Shown: piece after piece, positions 30,608 to 39,700 of the stretch
Numbering within the stretch: position 1 is the first letter of the stretch
How the letters are laid out: the number at the start of each line of letters is the position of its first letter
DNA from: Solirubrobacterales bacterium
GTDB taxonomy: Bacteria > Actinomycetota > Thermoleophilia > Solirubrobacterales > 70-9
Direction of reading: 5' to 3'
NCBI GenBank assembly: GCA_044865945.1
Contig: JBIOTO010000119.1
Location: 1,544 to 65,543 of the forward strand
DNA: 64,000 bases
Made by a program: the position numbers and the translations under genes
Notes under the pieces: generated by a model
What the model saw: only the letters and a program-made list of their open reading frames with translations
Told to the model about the DNA's origin: nothing
Databases searched by the model: none

Positions 30608-30755
30608 CTCTCATCCTCCCGGGAACAGAATCAACGTTTGAAATATCAGCGTCAAAGCTATTGACAAGCTTCAAAGAATAGATGAAATATCTATGTTTTT
30701 CACCCGCCCTGTCGACCCAGACCTCGCTCATCCCTGAAGGGACTACCCTGAGCCG
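30608..30755. promoter_or_regulatory. AT-rich divergent intergenic region with TTGACA (30661-30666) and a TGAAATATC direct repeat (30639-30647, 30683-30691)
   Basis: Read directly. A core of about 77 nt (30625-30701) is roughly 31% G+C by hand count, in a genome of about 70% G+C. Confidence 0.4.
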
Positions 30756-31100
30756 ATGAAGAAACCGCCCAAGACCGTCAGCCTCAACCTCGACGAGCTG
30801 CTCGCGGACTCGCCGCGGCAGGCCACTTCGCTGTCCCTGCCGATGGCGGTTTCTTACAAGCTGGACCACCTAGCCGAGCTGGCGAAGGCGGCGAACACCA
30901 GCCGCGGGGAAATCATCGCGATGCTGGTCGACGCGGCACCGGAGGAGGGGGAGGATCTGGAGCGTGCTCTCCTTGCTTACCGGAGGAAATCCGTTCGGGC
31001 GTCTCTTCCCGCGAGATTGGACCGGCCGAGCGAGGACGACAACGTCATCGACCTTCCTGTGCGCAATCCAGGACGGCCGTCTCGCAAAAGCGCCGGCTAG
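30756..31100 (+). CDS. small hypothetical protein, possible ribbon-helix-helix DNA-binding fold
   Basis: SLSLPMAVSYKLDHLAELAKAANTSRGEIIAMLV fits a strand-helix-helix pattern. I recognise no family. Confidence 0.45.
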   Translation: MKKPPKTVSLNLDELLADSPRQATSLSLPMAVSYKLDHLAELAKAANTSRGEIIAMLVDAAPEEGEDLERALLAYRRKSVRASLPARLDRPSEDDNVIDLPVRNPGRPSRKSAG

Positions 31101-32008
31101 TCCCGCGTTTCAGAGCCCAAGCCCAGTTCGGTGAAGCCGATCCCGGCCGGCGGCTCGACCCGGTCGGGGTGGAAGAGGTGGGCGAGCAGTTCGACTCCGT
31201 CGACCAGCCGCGGCCCCGGCCGAGAGAAGGTCGAGGCGGCGTCGACGGCGAAGGAGCGGTCCGCTCCCAGGCTCTCCAGCCGCTCTCGATACCTCAGCGC
31301 CTGGGCGCGGGAGTCGTCGAGGTACCAGCCGCAAGGCATCGCGACGATCACCTCAGGATCGAGGCCGCCGAGCTGCTCCCACTCGACCTGCGGCGACTTC
31401 TGCCCGGCCTGGCCGGCAACGTCGAGCCCACCGGCGATCTCGATCATCTCCGGCACCCAGTGGCCGCCGAGGAAGGGCGGGTCGAGCCACTCAAGCGCGA
31501 GCACCCGGCGGCGCTCGGCTCCCTCGACCGCCGCTCGCACCCGCTCCAGCCGCGCTTCGAGCCCAGCCCGGACCTTGGCGGCGTGGGCCTCGATCCCGGC
31601 CGCCGCCCCGAGCCGCGTCACGTCCTTCATCACCTCGCCAAGCGTGCTCGGATCCTGCTGCACGACCCGTGGCTGTCCTGGCAGCCGCGCCGCCACGGCG
31701 ACCACGTCCTCGTAGGAGACGGCGCAGACCTCGCAGACCGCCTGGGTGACGATCAGGTCTGGCGCCAGCTCCATCAACCGCTCCTCGTCGAGGCTGTAGA
31801 GCGCCCGCCCTTCGCCGACGATCTCCTTCACCGCGGCGTCGATCTCGCCGGCGTCAAGCCCCGCCGGCAGGACCGTCGCGGTCAGGTGGGGGAGGTCGGC
31901 CGCCTCGGGCGGGAAGTCGCACTCGTGGGTGACGCCGACCACGTCCCCCCCGAGGCCGAGCGCGAAGAGCATCTCGGTCGCGGAGGGGACGAGGCTGGCG
32001 ATACGCAT
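31097..32008 (-). CDS. BtuF/FhuD-type (cluster A, PF01497-like) substrate-binding protein without a signal peptide
   Basis: MRIASLVPSATEMLFALGLGGDVVGVTHECDFP... and ...PDLIVTQ... follow the typical cobalamin/iron-siderophore binding-protein pattern. No permease or ATPase gene is adjacent. Confidence 0.72.
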   Translation of the reverse strand: MRIASLVPSATEMLFALGLGGDVVGVTHECDFPPEAADLPHLTATVLPAGLDAGEIDAAVKEIVGEGRALYSLDEERLMELAPDLIVTQAVCEVCAVSYEDVVAVAARLPGQPRVVQQDPSTLGEVMKDVTRLGAAAGIEAHAAKVRAGLEARLERVRAAVEGAERRRVLALEWLDPPFLGGHWVPEMIEIAGGLDVAGQAGQKSPQVEWEQLGGLDPEVIVAMPCGWYLDDSRAQALRYRERLESLGADRSFAVDAASTFSRPGPRLVDGVELLAHLFHPDRVEPPAGIGFTELGLGSETRD

Positions 32009-32015
32009 TACCCGA

Positions 32016-32882
32016 CTATTTCACCGCCGCGAGGAGGGCGTTGGCGCCGCCCTGCATCCCCGCTTTGTTGGGATGGATCGGGGCGGCCGAAGTGCCCGGC
32101 ACGAGCGGTTCGACCCAGCGGGTCGAGGTGCCCTTGCAGGCATCGTGGCCGATGCTGGCGCCGTACCAGTTGACCAGCGTCGCGCCGTTCGCCGCGGCCT
32201 GGGTCGCGATCATGTTGTTCAGGCGCTGCTGCGTCGCTCGCAGGTAGGGAACGTCGGAGAACCCGATCGGCATCTGCGGCCAGCAACCGAACCCGGTCTC
32301 GGGGAAGATCGCCGGGTAGTTGGTGACGTAGATTTTCGCCGAGGGCGAGCGGGTGTGGATTCCCTGCAGGACCGCCGCCACTTTCGGCGCCGTCGCTTCG
32401 ATCCGCGCTTTCAGCTGATCGACCCCGCCCGAGTTGTATTTGTCGAGGCAGGGATGGCTGAACGGGTTGACCGTGATGCAGCTCTGCGCGACTTCCGAGA
32501 AGCCGATGTCGTTGCCGCCGATCGTCAGCGAGACGACCGTCGTGCTCGCGTCCAGCGAGTTGAACTGCGGCGGGTTCGGCCCGTCCGGGTCGACGTTCTG
32601 CGGGTTGGTCATGTCCTCGGTCTCCGCCCCGCTGCAGGTCGCGTCGCGGAGCGTCAGGCCAATTCCCGGCGCCGCCAGGTGCGCGTAGTTGTTGCTCGAC
32701 TTGAGGCAGCCGAGCGGCAGCAGCGGGTTGGGGATCAGCGGCCCGGCGGCGTAGGAATCGCCGAGGGCGGTGTAGTTGGCGGCCGCCGCCCCGCCGGCAA
32801 ACCCGGCAAGCAGCAGCGCCGCCGCGACGAGGGCCAGCAGGCCGGCGCGCAGGCGTTGAAACGTGATCGTCTTTTCCATCAT
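32016..32882 (-). CDS. secreted SGNH/GDSL hydrolase (lipase/esterase)
   Basis: It has a signal peptide, block I ALGDSYAAG and block III GGNDIG. A GGAGGAG Shine-Dalgarno sequence precedes ATGATG. Confidence 0.8.
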   Translation of the reverse strand: MMEKTITFQRLRAGLLALVAAALLLAGFAGGAAAANYTALGDSYAAGPLIPNPLLPLGCLKSSNNYAHLAAPGIGLTLRDATCSGAETEDMTNPQNVDPDGPNPPQFNSLDASTTVVSLTIGGNDIGFSEVAQSCITVNPFSHPCLDKYNSGGVDQLKARIEATAPKVAAVLQGIHTRSPSAKIYVTNYPAIFPETGFGCWPQMPIGFSDVPYLRATQQRLNNMIATQAAANGATLVNWYGASIGHDACKGTSTRWVEPLVPGTSAAPIHPNKAGMQGGANALLAAVK

Positions 32883-32977
32883 CTCTCCTCCCGAGTGAGA
32901 ACAAGAAAGAGCCACGAAAGCTCAAGTATCTTTACCGTAAGTTTTAAGTAGCCAATTCGGGTATTGGAGAAACGTCC

Positions 32978-33883
32978 ATGAAGCGAGTCGCGGCGGTATT
33001 TGCGGTGGTTGTGGCGATGTTCGGCCTGGGGGCGAGCGCCGCCCAGGCGGACTTGCCGGTGATCTACAACGGCGTCTACGGCTACGCCCACGTCAGTCCC
33101 ACCGCCAGTCCTCCGGGAGCCAACGACTGGAGCTGCGAACCCTCCGCCGCCCACCCGCGGCCGGTCGTCCTCGTCCACGGCACCTTCGCCGACATGTCCG
33201 ACAGCTGGCAGGCGGTCTCACCGCTGCTGAAGAACAACGGCTACTGCGTCTTCGCCCTCAACTACGGCGACTACCAGGGCAGCGGCGCGATCGGCGTCTA
33301 CGGGGTCGACGACATCCCGACGTCGGCCGGAGAACTCAACGCCTTCGTCGACAAAGTCCTGGCCTCGACCAGCGCCGCCGAGGTCGATCTGGTTGGCCAC
33401 TCGCAGGGCGGAATGATGCCGCGCTACTACCTCAAGTACCTGGGCGGCGCGGCCGAGGTCCACACCCTCGTCGGCCTCTCGCCCTCCAACCACGGCACCA
33501 CCCTGGACGGGCTCTTCACCCTCGCCGGCTTCTTCCCTGGCGCCACCCAGTTCACCGGCGCCCTCTGCCCGGCCTGCGAGCAGCAGCGCGCCGGCTCGGC
33601 CTTCATCACCAACCTCAACAGCGGCGGCGAGACCGTGCCCGGGGTCGACTACACGGTGATCCAGACCCGCTACGACCAGGTCGTCACGCCTTACACCTCG
33701 GCCTTCCTCTCAGGGCCGAACGTGAAAAACATCCTGCTCCAGAACCAGTGCGTGCTGGACCTCGGCGACCACCTCTCGATGCCCTACGACCACATCGCCG
33801 TCGCCGACGTGCTGACGGCGCTCGACCCGGCCCACCCGCGCAACCCGATCTGCACGCCGATCCTGCCAACCGCCGGCGGTTAG
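32978..33883 (+). CDS. secreted alpha/beta-hydrolase lipase (triacylglycerol lipase-like)
   Basis: It has a signal peptide, VLVHGTF and the nucleophile elbow GHSQGG. Confidence 0.8.
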   Translation: MKRVAAVFAVVVAMFGLGASAAQADLPVIYNGVYGYAHVSPTASPPGANDWSCEPSAAHPRPVVLVHGTFADMSDSWQAVSPLLKNNGYCVFALNYGDYQGSGAIGVYGVDDIPTSAGELNAFVDKVLASTSAAEVDLVGHSQGGMMPRYYLKYLGGAAEVHTLVGLSPSNHGTTLDGLFTLAGFFPGATQFTGALCPACEQQRAGSAFITNLNSGGETVPGVDYTVIQTRYDQVVTPYTSAFLSGPNVKNILLQNQCVLDLGDHLSMPYDHIAVADVLTALDPAHPRNPICTPILPTAGG

Positions 33884-35157
33884 ACCTTCTCTCCGCGGTA
33901 GGGCCCCGGCTTCGGCCGAGACTTGCCGCCGGGAAAGGCGAGGCGCAGGATCGTCCGCTGCACCATCCCCAACTGCTGGCTGAAGGGGCCTGAGTTGTAA
34001 GGCAGGCCGTAGCGTTCGCAGACCTCTTTCACCTGGGGAGCGATCTCGGCGTAACGGGTGCTCGGCATGTCGGGGAAGAGGTGGTGCTCCACCTGATAGC
34101 TGAGGTTGCCGCTGGCGACGTGGAAGAGCGGGCTGCCCTCGATGTTGGCGGAGCCCGTCAGCTGGCGGATGTACCAGCCACCGCGGCTCTCGTCCTCCAC
34201 CTCCTGCTGGGAGAAGGTGTAGGTCTGGTCGGGGAAGTGGCCGCAGAAGATGATCGCGTAGGCCCAGACGTTGCGGGCGATGTTCGCCGTGGCGTCGGCC
34301 TTGGCCGTGGCGCGGAAGGTCTTGCTGCCGCTGTTCAGCGCGGCTTCCACCACCGGTGCCCAGCGGCTCTGCCGCTTGCGCCTGATTCGCCGCAGGACAC
34401 CCCGGGGCTGCTTGCGCTGCCGCCGCGTCTCCACCACCACGTCGACGGCCGTCGCCGCCAAGGCGCTGACCAGCGGCCAGGCGATGTAGTCCTTGACGAT
34501 CTGGCTTTTGGCCTTGCCCGCGATCCCCTTCAGCTCCCGCTTCACCTGGTGCATCGGCTTGTGGCCCTTGCGGATCGCCTCGAAATCCAGGTCGTGCAGC
34601 GCCACGCCCCACTCGAACAGCGCCGCCAGGATCAGGTTGTAGACCGGCTGCGCGAGGTAGACCGGGTGCCACTTCTGCTCCGGATCGATCCGCATGATCT
34701 CGTAGCCGAGGTCCTTGTCTTTACCGCGGATGTTGGTGTAGGTGTGGTGGACGAAGTTGTGGGAGTGCTTCCAGGCCTCGGCGGTGGAGGCGGTGTCCCA
34801 GTCCCAGGTCGAGGAGTGGATCCGGGGGTCGTTCATCCAGTCCCACTGGCCGTGCATCACGTTGTGCCCGATCTCCATGTTCTCGAGGATCTTCGCGGCG
34901 GAGAGGGAAGCGGTTCCAGCCCACCAGACGCCCCTGTTGCGGGAGCCGAGCAGCAGAGCCCGCCCGAGCACGGCCAGGCGGCGCTGCATCTCGATCATGC
35001 TCTCGATGTAGCGGCGGTCGCGGTCGCCGAGCTCGGCCATGACGCGGTCGCGGATCGCGTCGAACTCCCGCCCCAGCTCATCGAGCTGCTCCTCAGAGAG
35101 GTGCGCAAGCGGGCTCTCCATGTGGATGTCGATCGGGGTCGTCGCAGTCGTGCTCAT
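33880..35157 (-). CDS. membrane fatty acid (acyl-CoA) desaturase, DesA3-like
   Basis: It has the three His boxes HNVMHGQ, HSHNFVHH and QVEHHLFP. I chose the start at MSTTATTPID (35157). Confidence 0.88.
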   Translation of the reverse strand: MSTTATTPIDIHMESPLAHLSEEQLDELGREFDAIRDRVMAELGDRDRRYIESMIEMQRRLAVLGRALLLGSRNRGVWWAGTASLSAAKILENMEIGHNVMHGQWDWMNDPRIHSSTWDWDTASTAEAWKHSHNFVHHTYTNIRGKDKDLGYEIMRIDPEQKWHPVYLAQPVYNLILAALFEWGVALHDLDFEAIRKGHKPMHQVKRELKGIAGKAKSQIVKDYIAWPLVSALAATAVDVVVETRRQRKQPRGVLRRIRRKRQSRWAPVVEAALNSGSKTFRATAKADATANIARNVWAYAIIFCGHFPDQTYTFSQQEVEDESRGGWYIRQLTGSANIEGSPLFHVASGNLSYQVEHHLFPDMPSTRYAEIAPQVKEVCERYGLPYNSGPFSQQLGMVQRTILRLAFPGGKSRPKPGPYRGEKV

Positions 35158-35173
35158 CTCGTGTTCCTCTTTC

Positions 35174-36271
35174 TCATAGTGCGATCGCAACGTCGCCTTC
35201 CGGCGCGTTGACACAAGTTCGGACCATCTCTCCCTCTTGCCCGTAGACCTCGCCGGTCCGCAGGTCCCGCACTTCGCCGCCGCAGAGGCGCCCGATGCAG
35301 GTGTGGCAGATCCCCATCCGGCAGCCGAACGGCAGCTCCGCGCCGGCTTCCTCGCCGGCGACCAGGATCGGCGTCCCGCCGTCGCACTCGGTCTCGACGT
35401 TGCTGGAGACGAAGCGGACCACCCCCCCCTCGCCGGCCACCGCGTCGCCGCCGATCACCGGCTGGAAGCGCTCCATTTCCAGTAGCTCCGGGTCGCCTTC
35501 CTCGCGCCAGTGCCGGACCAGAGCGTCGAGCATCTCGCCGGGACCGGAGACGAAGGCGTGGCGCTCACGCCAGTCGGGACAGAGCTCGTCGAGGTGGGGC
35601 GGAGCCACCCGTCCCGCCTCGCCCGTGATGCGTAGATGAGGGCGATAGCCGGAGCAGCGGGAGTCGAGGTCGCGCAGCTGCTCGCCGAAGATGACGCCGT
35701 CGGCGGTGCGCGCGGAGTGGATGTGCACGACGTCCTCGAGCGCTTCGTCGCGATCGAGGCTGCGCAGCATGCTCATGATCGGCGTGATGCCGCTGCCGGC
35801 GCTGATGAAGAGGAGCTTGCCGGGCGGCGGATCAGGGAGGACGAAGGTCCCTTCGACGCCGCCGAGGCGGACGATGTCGCCGGGCCGGGCGCGGTGGACG
35901 AGGTAGGGCGAGACCTTGCCCGCATCGACCAGCTTCGGGGTGATCCCGATCAGGCCGTCGGGCCGGCCCGGGTCGGTGGTCAGCGAGTAGGCGCGCCAGT
36001 GATGAACGCCGTTGACGATGACCCCGATCCGCAGGTACTGCCCGGGCTGGTGTCCGGCCCATTCGTAGCCGGGCCGGATCAGCACGGTCACCGCGTCGGG
36101 CGTCTCCTGCTCGATTCGCTCGATCCGGCCGCGCAGCTCCTGCGTCGACCAGAGGGGGTTGATCAGTTCGAGGTAGTCATCCGGGAGAAGCGGAGAGAAG
36201 AGCGAGCGGACGGCGTGGAGGGCGCGCTGGCGCGCCTTCGGAACGTTGGGTACGGCGCCTCGCTCTGCCAT
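35174..36271 (-). CDS. ferredoxin-NAD(P) reductase-type oxidoreductase with C-terminal 2Fe-2S domain (Rv3230c-like desaturase partner)
   Basis: It has the FAD-binding motif RAYSLT, the NAD-binding motif LLFISAGSGITP and the 2Fe-2S motif CRMGICHTC...C. Confidence 0.85.
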   Translation of the reverse strand: MAERGAVPNVPKARQRALHAVRSLFSPLLPDDYLELINPLWSTQELRGRIERIEQETPDAVTVLIRPGYEWAGHQPGQYLRIGVIVNGVHHWRAYSLTTDPGRPDGLIGITPKLVDAGKVSPYLVHRARPGDIVRLGGVEGTFVLPDPPPGKLLFISAGSGITPIMSMLRSLDRDEALEDVVHIHSARTADGVIFGEQLRDLDSRCSGYRPHLRITGEAGRVAPPHLDELCPDWRERHAFVSGPGEMLDALVRHWREEGDPELLEMERFQPVIGGDAVAGEGGVVRFVSSNVETECDGGTPILVAGEEAGAELPFGCRMGICHTCIGRLCGGEVRDLRTGEVYGQEGEMVRTCVNAPEGDVAIAL

Positions 36272-36280
36272 TGTCAGATG

Positions 36281-36307
36281 TTACACGGATCGGTGTAATG
36301 GTTACAC
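36281..36307. promoter_or_regulatory. operator-like site TTACACGGATCGGTGTAA plus a third half-site GTTACAC
   Basis: Read directly. The near-perfect 18-bp palindrome lies 10-27 nt upstream of the reductase/desaturase operon start codon. Confidence 0.45.
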
Positions 36308-36343
36308 AACCACCGAACCGCTCTATACCCGCCACGGGAGAAC

Positions 36344-37867
36344 TCAGTCGATCACCTTCACGTCGCTGATCTCGATCCGGTAGCGCCCTTCCTGATCGCG
36401 GGAAGGGGCCGCCTTGGTAAACCAGATTAGGAAGTACTTCGCCGGCGAGCCGAGGTGGAGCTCGACCTCCTCGACCTCCCCGGCGTCGGTCACCTCGCCG
36501 ACCGGTTCGCCCCATTCGGACAGTTCTTCCGGCGGGCCGGCGGGGGCGGCGTAGATTTCGGCGTCCCAGCCGGGGGCGCCGCGGATGATCATCTCCTTCG
36601 GGGTCGCCGTCGCCTTGGTCACCACGTAGAGGCCGACGCCGGGGTTGGGACCGGTCTTGGTGCCGGCGAATTCGGTGTCGTCGTAGTGCTCGCTGCTCCA
36701 GGCGGTCCCGGTCGGGTTGCCGTCGACCGCCAGGCTGACCGCTTCGGGGTCCTCTTCGCCATCGCCCTGCGGGTCGTAATCCGAGGCTTCGGCAAGCGGC
36801 AGCGGCGAGCCCTTGTCGCTCAGCGCGCCACCCCCACCACCGGGCCCGTTGCCGCTGCTGATCAGGATCACCGCCGCCACCGCGCCGGCGAAGGCCAGCA
36901 CCAGCAGCGCCAGCCATAGGCGCGACCAGCGGCCGCCGCTGGAGAGCTTGCGCTCCGCCGGCGGCACCGCCTCCAGCACGCTCGTCGCCTCGCCGGTGGT
37001 CGACCCCGCCCGTGCCGCCTCGACCTCCAGGGCGGTCGCCAGGTCGTCGATCATCTCGCCGACCTGCTGGTAGCGCCGCGCCGGATCCTTCGCGGTGGCC
37101 CGCTCGACCACCATCGCTGCCGCCGCCGAGAGTTCGGGCCGCCGCTGCTGGACGTCGGGCAGCTCTTCGTTGACGTGTTTCATCGCCACCCCGACCTGGC
37201 TGTCGGCGCTGAACGGGACCCCGCCGGTCAGCATCTCGTAGAGGACGACGCCGAGCGAGTAGACGTCGGAGCGCTGGTCGACCGCGTGGCCCATCGCCTG
37301 CTCGGGGGAGACGTAGTCGGTGGTGCCGAGCACGCGGCCGGTGGCGGTCATCCCATCCTGTTCGAGCTGGCGGGAGATGCCGAAGTCGGTCAGCTTCGCC
37401 CGCCCCTCGGCGTCGATCAGAACGTTCTGCGGCTTGATGTCGCGGTGGACCATGTTGCGGGCGTGGGCGACGGTCAGGCCGCGGGCGATCTCGATCGCGT
37501 AGGCGAGCGCCTCCTGGGCGTCGAGCGCGCCGACCCGGTTGATCCGCTGCTTCAGGGTCTCGCCTTCGACGTATTCGAAGACGATGTAGGGGTGGCCGCC
37601 GTCCTCGCCGGCGTCGATCACGGCGACGACGTTGGGGTGCGAGATCTTCGCGACCGCCCGCGCCTCCTGGCGGAAGCGCTCGAGCTGGTCGGCCTGCTCG
37701 GACATCTCGCGGTGCATCACCTTCACCGCCACGGCCCGGTCCAGGGTGGTGTCGCGGGCCAGGTAGACGGTCGACATGCCGCCGCTGCCAAGCTTCGCCT
37801 CCAGCTTGTAACGGCCGGAGAGCACGGTGCCGATCATCTGGGAGCTGGTCGGGGGGCGGTCGCTCAC
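36344..37867 (-). CDS. Ser/Thr protein kinase with one TM and an extracellular beta-sandwich-like sensor domain
   Basis: The catalytic motifs are intact: LGSGGMSTVY, VAVKVM, HRDIKPQN, DFG and GTTDYVSPE. The start is either the GTG at 37867 or the ATG at 37837. Confidence 0.85.
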   Translation of the reverse strand: MSDRPPTSSQMIGTVLSGRYKLEAKLGSGGMSTVYLARDTTLDRAVAVKVMHREMSEQADQLERFRQEARAVAKISHPNVVAVIDAGEDGGHPYIVFEYVEGETLKQRINRVGALDAQEALAYAIEIARGLTVAHARNMVHRDIKPQNVLIDAEGRAKLTDFGISRQLEQDGMTATGRVLGTTDYVSPEQAMGHAVDQRSDVYSLGVVLYEMLTGGVPFSADSQVGVAMKHVNEELPDVQQRRPELSAAAAMVVERATAKDPARRYQQVGEMIDDLATALEVEAARAGSTTGEATSVLEAVPPAERKLSSGGRWSRLWLALLVLAFAGAVAAVILISSGNGPGGGGGALSDKGSPLPLAEASDYDPQGDGEEDPEAVSLAVDGNPTGTAWSSEHYDDTEFAGTKTGPNPGVGLYVVTKATATPKEMIIRGAPGWDAEIYAAPAGPPEELSEWGEPVGEVTDAGEVEEVELHLGSPAKYFLIWFTKAAPSRDQEGRYRIEISDVKVID

Positions 37868-37907
37868 TTGCGGGCCAACGTTACGACGCCTTCGCTTCGA
37901 AGGCGGC

Positions 37908-38906
37908 TTAGAGGATCCTGGGTGGTCCTTCGGTTGCGCGCCCGATCCGCTTCGCGGCCGGGTAATGCGCGCGCAGCAGCTCGAGCGCCGCGGCTTCGTC
38001 CCCTGCCGGGACCACGACGCAGAAGCCGCAACCCAGGTTGAAGACCTCTTGCATCTCCTCTCCGGAGACCCCGCCAAGCTCTTGAATCAGCTGGAAGACG
38101 GGCGGTACGGGAAGCGGGCCGTCGATCTCGTAGCCGACCTCGGCGGCGAGGCGGAGCAGGTTCTTGGTGCCGCCGGAGGTGATGTGGGCGAGGCCGCGGA
38201 CCTCGACCGCGGAGCGCAGCAGCTCGACGATCGGCTTGACGTAGATCTCGGTCGGCTCGAGCAGGACGTCGCCGAGCGGGCGACCGAGCCGGTCGTCGTC
38301 GAGCGGAACCTCGGCCAGGGCCGAGCGGGCGAGGGTGTAGCCGTTGGAGTGCAGGCCGGTGGAGGGGAGGCCGATGACGACGTCGCCCGGCTCGACCGCC
38401 GAGCCGTCGATGATTTCTTCGAGGGCGACGGTCCCGAAGCAGGCGCCGGAGACGTCGACGCCGCGGACCAATTGCCCGAGCTGGGCCAGCTCGCCGCCGG
38501 GGATCTCGATCCCCGCCCGCTCGGCGCCGCGTGCCAGGCCGATGCCGATTTCCTCGCAGACGGCGGGGTCAGCCTTCTCGATCGCGATGTAGTCGAGCAT
38601 CGCCAGCGGCTCGGCGCCGACGCAGATCACGTCGTTGACGTTCATCGCCACGCAGTCGATCCCGATCGTGTCGAAGCGGCCGAGCTGCTCGGCCAGCACC
38701 AGCTTGGTGCCGACGCCGTCGGTCGAGAGCGCGATCCCGGTCCGCTCGTCGATCTTGATCACGCTCGCGTAGTGCCCCGGCAGCGGCACCTGCGCCGAGG
38801 GGCGATCGAGCTGGATCGCCCCGAGCGCCCGCACCAGGCCGGCCACGGCCGAATCCGCCGCCCCCTGGTCGACTCCGGCCTTCGCGTAGGCGTCGCTTCC
38901 GCTCAC
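37908..38906 (-). CDS. purM: phosphoribosylformylglycinamidine cyclo-ligase (AIR synthetase)
   Basis: It contains YAKAGVD..., STDGVGTKL and DCVAMNVNDV. Its GTG start overlaps the uppP stop (GTGA). Confidence 0.9.
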   Translation of the reverse strand: MSGSDAYAKAGVDQGAADSAVAGLVRALGAIQLDRPSAQVPLPGHYASVIKIDERTGIALSTDGVGTKLVLAEQLGRFDTIGIDCVAMNVNDVICVGAEPLAMLDYIAIEKADPAVCEEIGIGLARGAERAGIEIPGGELAQLGQLVRGVDVSGACFGTVALEEIIDGSAVEPGDVVIGLPSTGLHSNGYTLARSALAEVPLDDDRLGRPLGDVLLEPTEIYVKPIVELLRSAVEVRGLAHITSGGTKNLLRLAAEVGYEIDGPLPVPPVFQLIQELGGVSGEEMQEVFNLGCGFCVVVPAGDEAAALELLRAHYPAAKRIGRATEGPPRIL

Positions 38907-39700
38907 TTGCGCCCTAGCTTTGCAAGAACGACGGCCGCCAGGCCGATCCGGTAGGCGGCGTAGGGCCAGAGGGCGCGATCGCGCTCGACCAGGTGGATAA
39001 GCCGTTGCGAGGCGAGGGTCGAGGCGAAAGAGGCGGCGATGCCAACGGCGAGCGAGCGGCGCACCTCGGGCGTGGTTCCGCGCCGCGCCAGGCGGGCGCC
39101 CTTCAGCCCGGTGGCGCCGACGATGATCGGCAGCGCGATCGTGCGCGAGAGCAGGTTCGCCTGGTCGCGGGAGAAGCGCCGCCAGCGGGCGGCGGCGAGG
39201 GTGACGCCGTTGCGGGAGACGCCGGGGGCCAGGGCGGCCGCCTGGGCGATTCCCAGCGCCAGCCCGTCGATCGGCGTCGCGTCGCCGCGACCGCGCCGCT
39301 GCGGTCGGCGGTCGGCGACGAGCATCGCCGCCGCTCCTGCCAGCAGCCCGTAGGCGGTCGCCCGCGGTCCGCCCAGCCGCCGCTCGATCGGCCGCTCCAG
39401 GGTGTAGCCGACGATCGCCGCCGGTAGGAAGGAGAGCCCCAGCAGCAGCGCCCGGCGCCCGTCGAACTGGCGCATCTCCTCGGCGATCGTCTTGCGCTGC
39501 CCAATCAGCAGCGCCGCCGCGGCGCCGGTGTGGAGCGCCACCTCGAAGCTCTTGCGCAGCTCGGGATCGATCCCGTCCCAGTCCCAATCCGCCAGCCAGG
39601 GGACGAGGACGATGTGGGCGGAGCTGGAGACCGGCAGCAGCTCGGCCGGGCCCTGGACCAGCCCGAGCGCGACCGCGCGGCGGGCGGGGAGGCGACTCAA
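38903..39700 (-). CDS. uppP: undecaprenyl-diphosphate phosphatase
   Basis: It has LGLVQGPAELLPVSSSAH and further BacA motifs, and is multi-TM. Its TTG start overlaps the dedA stop (TTGA). Confidence 0.85.
   Translation of the reverse strand: MSRLPARRAVALGLVQGPAELLPVSSSAHIVLVPWLADWDWDGIDPELRKSFEVALHTGAAAALLIGQRKTIAEEMRQFDGRRALLLGLSFLPAAIVGYTLERPIERRLGGPRATAYGLLAGAAAMLVADRRPQRRGRGDATPIDGLALGIAQAAALAPGVSRNGVTLAAARWRRFSRDQANLLSRTIALPIIVGATGLKGARLARRGTTPEVRRSLAVGIAASFASTLASQRLIHLVERDRALWPYAAYRIGLAAVVLAKLGRK

Noticed and set aside
32883-32977. AT-rich gap between the two lipolytic enzyme genes as a possible mobile-element scar
   Set aside because: I found only a 5-bp inverted repeat (CCAAT-N6-ATTGG) and no longer repeats. 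The size and position fit an ordinary divergent promoter region with a clear Shine-Dalgarno sequence for the SGNH gene.
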